Shown piece after piece: positions 37,661 to 49,086 of a stretch of DNA of 64,000 nucleotides. The notes below the pieces were generated by a model that searched no databases, had not been told where the DNA came from, and saw only the letters and a program-made list of their open reading frames with translations. Made by a program: the position numbers and the translations under genes. Position 1 is the stretch's first letter; each line of letters opens with the position of its first letter. The DNA comes from Octopus bimaculoides (lineage: Eukaryota), in NCBI RefSeq assembly GCF_001194135.2, contig NC_068981.1:166106780-166170779 (forward strand). Reading direction: 5' to 3'.

Positions 37661-38341
37661 GATCAAAGATATATGCACTCATGCATGGATAGCTTTATAA
37701 TAAACAAAAATTACAAAATAAATCAGTGCAAACAAATTTTCTGGTACTTCCATCCCGTCTCTTGACACCAAAGCTTACATTGCCCTTCAGCTCACATTGG
37801 ATTGATAAAATAATTGCATCAAATTTCAAAGTACTGAACTCAATTTTACTAAAACTTTTAGAAAGGTCCCAGGATGGATGTAGTACAATGACTGAAACAA
37901 GTCGTACTTCTTCCATGCTGGGATGTAGAATAAACAGACAAAAAAAAAAAAGTGTCTACTTGATCAGAGCTGATCTGAAGTTATATAAGCACAGGTGTGG
38001 CTGTGTTAAGATGCTTGCTTGCAACCACATGGTTTCAGGTTCAGTGCAACTGCATGACACCTTGGGCAAGTGTCTTCTACAATAGCCCTAGACTGACCAA
38101 TGCTTTGTGAGTGAATTAGGTATATGGAAGCCTATCATACACGTGTATGATAGGCTTTCTCCTCCAACCACTGCTTGACAACTGGTATTGCTTCATTTAT
38201 ATCCAACTAACTTAGCAATTAAGCAAATGAGTAATAGAATAATGAGTAGTGGGGCCAATTTGTTTAACCCTTCATGGGAGTGCTCCAACATGGCTATAGT
38301 CCAATAACCGAAAGAAAAAGATATAAAAAGAGGAGACTCAC

Positions 38342-39629
38342 CAGTTTTCTCCTTTTCACAAGGAGCCTTCTCTGTACTTTGTGTAACTCTTTTAGCAGTT
38401 CTCACTTTATAACTTGATATTCTGTCATTCTTCGGAGTAGTATTGGCTCTGATAACTTTACAGTTCACAGGAATTTTCCCCACAGGAAATGGCTTCTTCT
38501 CACAACAAAATAGACTTTTTTTCTTCAGTGCTCCAGCTTTACAAAGAATCTTTGGTTCTTTGATAACATGTGTAGATCTTCTAGAAATAGATGTATCTTG
38601 TGCTGAAAGCATAGGAGTTTGATGAAGATCATAAATAATTTCCGAATTGGGAGAGGAGTACCTGCTATTTAAGGAGTCTGAAGATAAACCATTGTCAGAT
38701 TTAGGAGATGCTTGTTTTTCAATGCGAGTTAATTCAGAAGGGTGTCCAAGTTGAGAAAGCACTTCGAGTTTTGCATTATCTTCTCTATCTTCCCTTTGGC
38801 ACACATCTTGAAAACCATTACCTGAACATTCATTTGGCAACAGTAAGTTCGATCTGTTAGGACAAGCAGAAGTTTGGTGGTGACTTTCAATGGGAGAACT
38901 TGTCAGGAGGAAATTTGTTTGAATAGGGCTCACACTGTTAATGCTGAGGGTTGTATTTTTAATAGAATTATCATAGACATGAGGAGGAGATAGTTGTGGT
39001 GGAGAAAAAGAAGTTACCACTGGTAAGGAACCACTTGAAGTTGGAGATTTTTTTAATTTGTTTTTCCAGCTCCTCCGTTTTTGCTTTTTTACCAAATAAG
39101 TTTCCCGACGAGGACTCTGTTTACAAAATGATGGCCCAATGACTTCATCTGCCATCTGTTTTTGGCGCTTGGTTGTGACATAACTGTGTTGATATTCATT
39201 TGCACTTTCAGCACTTTCTACAGTTACATTCCTCACACATGTTAATACTGCCACCTCATTGTCAATTTCTATAGTTTTGTTTTCTGGTGAGTCTTCATAG
39301 GGCACACAGATAACATTCTTAGAGATGGATGAAATTTCCTGTACTGAATACTCAGTTTGTAATTCCAAATTTGTATTGACATTCATACAAGAAACAGAAT
39401 CATTTTTCTTGGAAGAGTAATTCTTGACAGTACACTGATTTGGTGAAATTCTATTCTTTGCAACCATCTTGGTAGAAGGTGGTACTGTATTTTCTCGATT
39501 GGAAATTGTCTTGTTCTGAGTTCGTTTGGAGGAAACAGTCTTATACTGAATCTCTGTTGAGTTGTAAGACTTTAAATTTGTCAAATTTGGTGTATGTAGA
39601 ACAGAGAATGGCGTTTTCACACTCGACAT
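38342..39629 (-). CDS. ASPM: ASPM coding exon 1: long S/T/P-rich disordered N-terminal region (MSSVKTPF...EKEKTG)
   Basis: Part of ORF 38193-39695. Acceptor tttctttcag|G at 39641, ATG at 39629, donor ACTG|GTGAGT at 38342 (phase 1). Several SP/TP sites and an SPRRETY motif. Confidence 0.8.
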
Positions 39630-40339
39630 GATTCCCCTGACCTGAAAGAAAAATGCAGGTCCATTACCTGACAATAACTCAAAACCATGCAACATTATAT
39701 AGTAGATTACACAAATTACAGTTTATGATGGTAACAGAGTTTACTAACCAAAAGATCAACATTTAATAACTTGCTAATGGTGCTATATATTTTGTCCAGG
39801 ATTCAAAGCCTATAGCAACCAGTACCTCAGCCTATCAAGAAGTAAATAAATACAGCTGCTTATTGCAAGACTACCAAATAATGAACACTTCAGTAACTAG
39901 TAGTAATATAGTCAAGTTATTTCTCCATATTGATAAAGGAGATCTCAAAACTACTTCAGCATAAACTTTATAAGCAACAGTCACCAGAAAATTTCCCCAT
40001 GAAATCTTGTAGCAGCTCTGCTACATGCAAAGAGACAAGATTGTTATATTCTTATGGATAAACAAATACACTACAACAGTGTATTAATACAATCGAAACA
40101 AACAGCAGTAATCGCATGGAACAATCTTTTAAGAACCAAAATTCCAACACACTAATTCGAACTGTAAACTAGCACAATAATTTTATTAAAACCACAGGGG
40201 TTAAAGAGGGGACAATACATGGGACAAATAGGGGTCAGGAACTTGTTGGATAAGATTACAATATAGTGAATAAAAACATTATTGCAGATGAAAATGTAAG
40301 AATGAATGAACACGAAATGAGTTTGACCCCACCAACCAC

Positions 40340-40815
40340 ATTGTTCACTTCGTCCCCCACTTAATTAGGCATTTACATACCCAACAGTCAGACTACTTTC
40401 TTCCATTTTTTCGTACTTTTTGATGTCAGGCATTTCTTCTCGAGACATGCTTTCCCTTAGGTGATATAAAAAGAGGTTAACCAAAGTACACCCGGAGATG
40501 AAGGTGCTTGATGCAATACCTCTTCCATGCACCTTCCATATCACCTCTTTCACTATAGCTATTATGGCTAGAGAGCAGAATTTCTCTTCTCCTTTTAGAG
40601 AAGATGGCAGAATGATCTTAATAATCAACTCTGCCAACAGCTGGACTCTACCCAGCTGTGGCAATACCTGTTAGGTAGAAACCCACAGGTCCAAAAGACT
40701 CGGATACTGCACAATTGCATACAGACCAGTTTTGTTGCTCTGCCCAAAACATGGGCATGTAGGCAAATCCATGACTCCATGCCTCACGAGTTTATCCTGA
40801 ACTGACAAGATTTTA
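40340..40815 (-). mobile_element. L1/Tx1-clade LINE ORF2 3' fragment (decayed zf-RVT region and C-terminus)
   Basis: ORFs 40671-40901 (LSVQDKLVRHG..PTCPCFGQS...AIVQYP..DLW) and 40365-40664 (KEVIWK..G...FISG..LVNLF.YHL) resemble Tx1-type C-termini. Confidence 0.6.
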
Positions 40816-40961
40816 TGAAATCCAAATTTTTGGAACCCATGTTTTTTGAAAACCAAATTCTGTGAGGCCAATTTTGGTGGAACCAAAATTTGTGAATCCA
40901 TAGTTATGAATCCAAGTTTGTGAAATCAAGTTGAAGCTGGGTTTCTGAGTCTGAATTTCTG

Positions 40962-41004
<43 letters not shown>

Positions 41005-41589
41005 TATTACCTGTATAAATATTTTGACTGCATGTCTAGTGTAGCATTAATTTATTGTTGTTCGTGTATATATTTGTTTTGTATGTAGGCTGTATTTTTA
41101 TGCAGATAATTGTTAATATTTTACAAAAAACTTCATGGTGTGTTGTTGTTTTGGGTTCACCCTATCCTCATTGGTTGTGTAAATTCAGGTTATGGCCACC
41201 AGGTTGTAACAATATATTAAAGTACTGGTGTCTTAACATGAATCTAAGTTTAGAAAAAAAAAAAAAGAAAAAGAAAGATTCTAGCTAGCAGACTCAGTAT
41301 AATAGGCTAATCAATAAATTAGCCAACAAGAGCCACTTCGTGGTCACTCAGACTGCAAAAAATAGAAACCAAATTTCCATCATAACACCGTACACGTTGA
41401 ATAAGAGTGTAATCTTTACGCAAATTTCCCCAATCACATTGAATAAGAGTCGTTTTAGATATATTAGCCTGGTCATGGTTGAGATCCTTTTGATTATAGT
41501 TCAGCTCAAGCAGATTTGAGCAAGAGTCAAATAGTGGTGCAATTTAATTAGCAAAAATGAATGTGTCTAAATGGTAAATTTAATATCTG

Positions 41590-41850
41590 TTGTCCATGCT
41601 GGCATGGGTTGGATGGTTTGACCGGGCTCTGCACCAGACTCCAGTCTGATTTGACATGGTTTTCTACAGCTGGATGCCCTTCCTAATGCCAATCATCCCA
41701 GAGTCTAATGGGTACTTTTACATGCCAGTTTGCATGACACCAGTATCTGCCACAACTGTGATTTTGCTCAGCTTGATGGGTCTTCTTCTCAAGCACAACA
41801 ATGCCAAAAGTCTGGGTCATTACCTCTGTGAGGCCCAACACTCGACAGGA
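41590..41850 (-). mobile_element. RTE LINE ORF2 C-terminus continuing into the abundant 3'-tail repeat
   Basis: LGLTEVMT...VLEKKT peptide followed directly by ...TAAAAGTACCC...GATTGGCATTAGGAAGGGCATCCAGCTGTAGAAA...CCAACCCATGCCAGCATGG. Confidence 0.65.
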
Positions 41851-43711
41851 ACTCAGCCACTTCGCCTCCATGAGGCCCTTGCCACTATCACCATCTACTA
41901 CTTTGTTTTGCTTAGTTTTTCTGCTCGTGTGGTATTCTTGTCAGTGTTTCTCCAGCCCCTCAAAGTTGTTCCCCTTTATATACTCCTCGCTCCCATCAGG
42001 AGAGAGTGCACGACATGTGCACCAACACACACGTACGAGTGAGAATCAGTAGTTCCAACCTTTTCACTAGCAAGGATCCCTATTTACTTAAAACAGCTTC
42101 CCCACAAGTCCTATGGGTTTGTCTACTCGACAAACCTAGCATTATCTTAGGCCACCAGATACAGACTCTAACTTAGGAGTATATATTATAGCCATATAAT
42201 GCAATAATTAAGAACAACGCAACGCTTTCTCTATACTCAAAATTGACATTTGCTGACACCAATCTATACAATAACCCAGTTATCTTACTTTTGACATAAA
42301 GAGCATTAAACACCTAACACAGTCAGTAAGAAAAGTTAGGTGGAAGTGTGGCTTTATCAAGCTTTAGACAAAATCATTTGCCTTCCTACTTGCCAAGCAA
42401 GTTCGTGACAATGGTACGGATGTCAGATCACTGGTGAAAGGCTCCACCCTCTTTATTTTTAATATATATATTTTTTTTAAATATTCTAAATTGATAAAAG
42501 AGAGTACTCTCCCTTGCCTATAGGCTTAACGGTTTACTTTTATAATTGTTCATTTGAACATATCGCATTCTCGAACGGTTGAATATATTTACAGGCTTTG
42601 CAATTTTATAAACAAATTGGTTTCAAATTGAAATAAACTTATGAACTTTCAGAGACTGGAGAAAGAGGAGTTTTAAATTTTGGCACAAGGCCAGCAATTT
42701 TAAGGAGGACGGGGTGAATTGATAACATCGACCTCAGTGTTCAAATGCTACTTTATTTTAACGAACCCGAAAGGGTTAAAGAGTAAAGTTGGCCTCGGCA
42801 GAATCTGAACCCAGAACATAAAGAGCAGGCTGTTGTGACAGAGAATTTGAAGTAATTAAGAGGAACACAATTTTTAAGATATTAGATAACTATTCCCCAG
42901 TAAAAGCAAGAGATTTAACTAAGCCATCATAAAGGAAGGTTTCCAGCAAATAATCAAAGCAATGCTTACGAAAAAATTACTCTATGAAGTTAGAGTATAC
43001 AAGAAATTCTAAAATATTACATAAACTATCCAACTACAAATCACAAAATCCCAGTTAGTATTCAACGCCCAAAAGAAACTAAAACCTAGGTTTTGTATGC
43101 GCTTTCTCGTTTCCAGTGCCCTGTGAAAGTTTATCTTGTTAAAAGCAGGTGTTTTTTCGGGCAGATAGTATTATTCAGTTATTACAAATGGCAAATGTAT
43201 CTAATTTCTTCAGACAATCGTTTAAACATATCTATCTAGTGAGTCTTTGGCGCAAACTTATTCTCTAATACTTCAGTGCGAAGAGAAAATGAAACTAAGG
43301 AATGAGTCTCCCCCGTAGGTAGTAACTCCAGTTGTATACAATACAGGCGAAATATTATAAAACGACATGTATATGTTTCACTATTTCAGTAAAACCGAAA
43401 TAGTTTTGCGACAAAGCAAACTCGCTTTTTATGCTGCACTGGGGAGATAGAATTAATTTGCTTCTTGCAAGATGTTACATGAACATGACTACTGATAACT
43501 AATCAACGAACTTTATTAATGTTTTTAGGCTGTTTCGTTAGAGACAAAAACACCAGGAACTTTCGCTAAAACTCAAGAAGTGGAGTAGACAGAGACAAAA
43601 ACACAGGGACCTTTCGCTTACTGCACAGGGCTACAGTTATAGTTTACTTGAGCAAACAATTGGGGGGGAAAAAAAAAAAAGTCGGAAATAGGTGGTGTGA
43701 AGGCACTTTAC

Positions 43712-43800
43712 CTTCGCTCGATAAACCTATTTCATTTTCAGTACTCGCAAAATCTGTCCGGCCTTGCAAAGAATTTCAAAATAAATTAAATTTTAGCAAT
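43712..43800 (-). other. ASPM: Probable non-coding first exon (5' UTR) of ASPM; 5' boundary uncertain
   Basis: Minus-strand donor CGAAG|GTAAAG at 43712/43711 in a locally CpG-richer region. It is the nearest strong donor I found upstream of the acceptor at 39641. An in-frame TAG lies five codons before the junction. Confidence 0.45.
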
Positions 43801-46639
43801 TTATTTTAATTCAGTATTCTTCCTCGTAGAAGATATGTAGTAGAAGACTGGTTAAATGGGTAGGGGTGGATGGTGACCAACGAGCAAGCCAGGTAATAAT
43901 TAAGGCGGGGTACANNNNNNNNNNNNNNNNNNNNNNNNNNNNNNNNNNNNNNNNNNNNNNNNNNNNNNNNNNNNNNNNNNNNNNNNNNNNNNNNNNNNNN
44001 NNNNNNNNNNNNNNNNNNNNNNNNNNNNNNNNNNNNNNNNNNNNNNNNNNNNNNNNNNNNNNNNNNNNNNNNNNNNNNNNNNNNNNNNNNNNNNNNNNNN
44101 NNNNNNNNNNNNNNNNNNNNNNNNNNNNNNNNNNNNNNNNNNNNNNNNNNNNNNNNNNNNNNNNNNNNNNNNNNNNNNNNNNNNNNNNNNNNNNNNNNNN
44201 NNNNNNNNNNNNNNNNNNNNNNNNNNNNNNNNNNNNNNNNNNNNNNNNNNNNNNNNNNNNNNNNNNNNNNNNNNNNNNNNNNNNNNNNNNNNNNNNNNNN
44301 NNNNNNNNNNNNNNNNNNNNNNNNNNNNNNNNNNNNNNNNNNNNNNNNNNNNNNNNNNNNNNNNNNNNNNNNNNNNNNNNNNNNNNNNNNNNNNNNNNNN
44401 NNNNNNNNNNNNNNNNNNNNNNNNNNNNNNNNNNNNNNNNNNNNNNNNNNNNNNNNNNNNNNNNNNNNNNNNNNNNNNNNNNNNNNNNNNNNNNNNNNNN
44501 NNNNNNNNNNNNNNNNNNNNNNNNNNNNNNNNNNNNNNNNNNNNNNNNNNNNNNNNNNNNNNNNNNNNNNNNNNNNNNNNNNNNNNNNNNNNNNNNNNNN
44601 NNNNNNNNNNNNNNNNNNNNNNNNNNNNNNNNNNNNNNNNNNNNNNNNNNNNNNNNNNNNNNNNNNNNNNNNNNNNNNNNNNNNNNNNNNNNNNNNNNNN
44701 NNNNNNNNNNNNNNNNNNNNNNNNNNNNNNNNNNNNNNNNNNNNNNNNNNNNNNNNNNNNNNNNNNNNNNNNNNNNNNNNNNNNNNNNNNNNNNNNNNNN
44801 NNNNNNNNNNNNNNNNATGATTTTTTTTTTTTTTTTGTTATGTATAACAATCACTACTCATTAACAAGGAAAATAAAATTGACACGCACTAAAATTAATC
44901 CAAAGTAATTACGACGAGAATAATACTGTATTACTAGGAACAATACTATGCAAGAATGTTTTGCGTAGGAGCATGCTAAATTTATATTTGTTGCCGTTTG
45001 AATAACAATTTTCAAATTACCGCCACAGTAACCAATCAGAAAGAGGCATAGCTTTAAAAACCTGGATTGTTCCAAATGAATTATATTAATCCATCGAAAT
45101 GAAAATATTCTTTATATATATTTTTTTCTGGTAAAACATAAATTGGTATCCATAATATAAGGAATTTATTAGAAATAAATATTCAAATATTTAATCATTT
45201 AGTATTTTTAAAGCTGAAAAGTGATTAATATATTTTGGATAAATAAATATTAAACAACGAAAATGACCGTTGACTGTAACTGAAATTTCCTGTTTTTGAA
45301 CTACTTATATTTTGAAAATATAAACAAACCGAATTTAAGTCATCTGCATTAAAGATAAATTAACATTTATTTAGGAAGCAAAACAAAGAGACTCGTCAGT
45401 AGCTACTGATCACTAACGAACATATTTTAATTGTTTATTTACTGAAAATTTTTTTAATTTATTCTTCATTTTATTTGAGATGTTTTAGTAGGCAAATAAA
45501 CAAATCTTTTTTCTTTTTTTACGGTTATTTTGTATCTTGTTTTGATTCCACCTTACGTCGAGATCGAATTAGGCTTTTGTATATGCGGGTATGAAAATAC
45601 TCTCAATTATTCAGTTAACTATGCTTCTAACACTACAAAAGCTGGAAACTAGAATAATGTGTCAGTCCAGTAAGGACCCTGCTCGAAACAGAATTTGCTT
45701 CTCATGACACACGAACTAATTTTGATTTCATTTATAAATATATATCTTGTGTCTTGTGAAAAGAAACATTTAATAATCTATCCGTTTAATTGCTACCAGG
45801 ACTTATTCATGCATACAAAGTATAGTACACAAGGGTTTGCCAAACGTGTGATGCATCTTATAGTACTGGGTAACAAAATATGATATAATTACAGTTTGGT
45901 GTCTCTTTCCCTTATTTCTTCATAACTTTCTTAATTATGTATATTTTCTCATTCTTTCGGGGTCGATAAATTAAGTACCAGTTGCGCACTGAGCTTGATC
46001 TAATCGACTGGCCCCTGCCCCAAAAATTTCGGGCCTTGTGCCTAGAGTAGAAAAGAATTATGTATATTTTCTTAAGAAATGTTTTTGAAGGTGTAGATTT
46101 ATTCAGAATGAAAAGAATATTATTCAGAATATTTTAAATTTTTATTTTAATAGACTAAACGAATTTTTTCCCCCTTATGTCTATCAATTTTATGCTGAAA
46201 ATGAATAGACGGGTAAGGATCATGGGCAAGTTATGAAACAGAAAGTTATGAATTTCTTTCTGATTAAAAATTAAATAAATTTTATTAAGATTATCGTTAT
46301 CTGCACATTCGGAAACAAAGTATGAAGAATCATATTCCATTTACAGCAAGTCATAGGAAGGAGAGATGTCAGCCAAGAAGTTGAAAAATATTTCATTACT
46401 TCTAGGGGAACGTTTGTGTCACCAACCAAAGACTACATATCAGTGCAGTTGCATCTGATCACGGAGTATGTGTTGAATTCTATCGCAAAAGTAGTAGTTG
46501 ATATGACACCGCTGTCATTTGCCCAGTATGAATACTATAGATTACAAATGAGTTATGCAATCTTTGAAGGTTTGGCAATGCATATAAATTCTAAGACTTT
46601 CTTTATAAAACCAGCATTTATTCAGTGTTATTGAACTAT

Positions 46640-47290
46640 ACATAAGATGAAGTAACCAAATGTATAAACAAACTCTCGTGTTTTGTCTTACTTCCTACAT
46701 GTATCCTGTGATATACACAACTGTAGAAGCCAACCGAATGAGACTCAAGATTATAATACAAATCCTTTTCATAGTTTGTTTCTCTGAATATACAGAAATA
46801 CAAATGGATGGTCTTTTGTTATTCGATTAAAATCTGTATCACAATATACAATTGCACGAGTTTGAGGACACAGAAACAAACTCCAAAGAAAGTATATTAA
46901 ACAAAGGATTACATATAGTTTAAGAAGAGCTAAGACAAAAATTTAAAACAGCACCAGTTAAAAATAAAATAATTAGATATTAAAGAATATAGCAATAACA
47001 AAAGAACAGGCTCTTCAGAAACAATGAAAAGAAATTTTACCAACACGTGAACATTGAAGATAAATATCAACAGTGACGTGCCAAATGCTGAAGCAGTAAG
47101 GCACTTTTACTCACATATCTGCAAGATGACACTTGTTCCTCTGGTAATTGGTGCACTTAGCATAATGCACGAAATGCTGCCCAAGAAGCTGAAGTATAAT
47201 GGAAATGAGACTCATGTTGACTTGCAGGAAAGTGCAGTTCTGTATTCTGCAAAAATCCTGAGAAAGGTTTTTGAGATTTGAGGAGACTTG
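46640..47290 (+). mobile_element. R4/Dong-like (restriction-like endonuclease) non-LTR retrotransposon remnant with RT deleted
   Basis: N-terminal EELRQKF...QKNRLFRNNEKKFYQ...VPNAEAVRHFYSHI is joined directly to the C-terminal VPLVIGAL...LQESAVLYSAKILRKVFEI*. Confidence 0.65.
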
Positions 47291-47763
47291 TCATCACCAA
47301 ACCTTGAAAAAATATACCTACTGACTAGTAAGCATGTTCTACTTTTAATTATAATGCAAACGATAATAATAATGATCATCATCATTTAACATCTATATTC
47401 CATGCTGGTATGGGTTAGACAGTTTGAAAGATTCTATGCTTTGATAGGGATTTTATGGCTGGATGCCCTTCCTAATACCAACCACTTTACAGCATGGACA
47501 AGCTGCTTTCTTCGTAGCACCTACACTACTGAGGTCACCAAAAATTACACAAAATCTACTTATAATTATAAGTATATCTTGACTTTAAAATCACATCCGA
47601 GTAAAATATACTGAGATCTAACAAGATAGGAACATGGCCATTGTTTTCATTACTTGCTTTTAAAGACAAGATGAACTCCAAACTGCATTGTGTTTATTTT
47701 GCAAAAATTTGGATTATTGGAGTTATCTCTGTTGCTCATGGAATTTCTTTTTAGATTTTAAAC

Positions 47764-48173
47764 GGAGTGGCTGTGTGGTAAGTAGCTTGCTCACCAACCA
47801 CATGGTTCTGGGTTCAGTCCCACTGCATGACACCTTGGGCAAGTGTCTTCTACTATAGCCTCAGGCCGACCAAAGCCTTGTGAGTGGATTTGGTAGATGG
47901 AAACTGAAAGAAGCCCGTCGCATATACGTATATATATGTATGTGTGTGTGTGTGTGTATGTTTGTGTGTCTGTGTTTGTCCCCCAACCCAACATCGCTTG
48001 ACAACCGATGCTGGTGTGTTTACAGCCCTGTAACTTAGCAGTTCGGCAAAAGAGACCAATAGAATAAGTACTAGGCTTACAAAGAATAAGTCCTGGGGTC
48101 GATTTGCTCGACTAAGGGCGGTGCTCCAGCCTGGTCACAGTCAAATGACTGAAACAAGTAAAAGAGTAAAGAG
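47764..48173 (+). mobile_element. Full-length tRNA-derived SINE (family B) with central (TA)/(TG) microsatellite
   Basis: Pol III A-box-like TGGCTGTGTGG and B-box-like GGTTCAGTCC, core CACCTTGGGCAAGTGTCTTCTACTATAGCC, tail GACTGAAACAAGTAAAAGAG. Confidence 0.9.
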
Positions 48174-48721
48174 TATTCCTAGAGGGAGTTTTTGTTACTG
48201 ATTTCAAGGACAATAATTGAAGTTTTTCATCTCATTACATTACATTTATAAGACTTTACTGTGTATGAAGTTAGTATGCAAAACACTCCTTTAGTGTACT
48301 TCTTTAGACTCTATTGCCAATATATATTTCCATTTTATTGATCACCAAAACACAGAAGATTAATTGGTAGACACATGTACTATTTATTGCATTCCTTGAA
48401 ATTATCAAAGAGATTCTTAACAAACTGTTAATTAGGTAAATACATATTTAATGTTTCAAACAGTTGGAGATCAATAAATGATCACATACCTGTGAGTTTT
48501 TGCACAATCCATCTGCTAATTATGAACAATGTTGTTATGTAATTCTGAGCTTCCTGAAACAGCTGTCGAGTTGAAATATTATGCATTCTCTCCTTAGTAT
48601 TCTATATTTTTTATGTAAATTTATGTATCCATATATAGATATATAAATGTCTATATGCTTGTACATATGTGTTTATCTTCTTAATATAGCTAGTTATATG
48701 TATCCCTAAATGTCTTTGTAT

Positions 48722-49086
48722 ACACCTAAGTGAAATCGTGATGGTACCTGTGCCCAGCGTCGCCATCCTGGCATGTGTAAAGACATTCGAGCGAGATCGT
48801 TGCCAGTGCCGCTGGACTGGCTCCTGTGCAGGTGGCACGTAAAATACACCATTTTGAGCCTGGCCGTTGCCAGTGCCACCTGACTGGCCTTCGTGCCAGT
48901 GGCATGTAAAAGCACCCACTACACTCTCGGAGTAGTTGGCATTAGGAAAGGCATCCAGCTGTAGAAACTCTGCCAAATCAGATTGGAGCCTGGTGTAGCC
49001 ATCTGGTTCACCAGTCCTCAGTCAAATCGTCCAACCCATGCTAGCATGGAAAGCGGACGTTAAACGATGATAATGATGATGATGAT
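48722..49086 (+). mobile_element. RTE 3'-end repeat copy
   Basis: Same consensus and (GAT)n tail. Confidence 0.85.

Noticed and set aside
37695-37916. ORF with a donor-like site considered as a missing ASPM/ASH exon
   Set aside because: No ASH similarity, it overlaps SINE-tail-like sequence, and the gene model is phase-consistent without it.
38193-38341. C-terminal extension of ORF 38193-39695 beyond the donor
   Set aside because: Intronic read-through into a family-B SINE tail.
30460-44864. Long ORFs spanning N runs (30460-31073, 34057-34968, 43811-44864)
   Set aside because: Artefacts of translating assembly gaps.
47764-47830. tRNA-like A/B boxes
   Set aside because: These are SINE heads present in many decayed copies, with no complete cloverleaf, so not tRNA genes.
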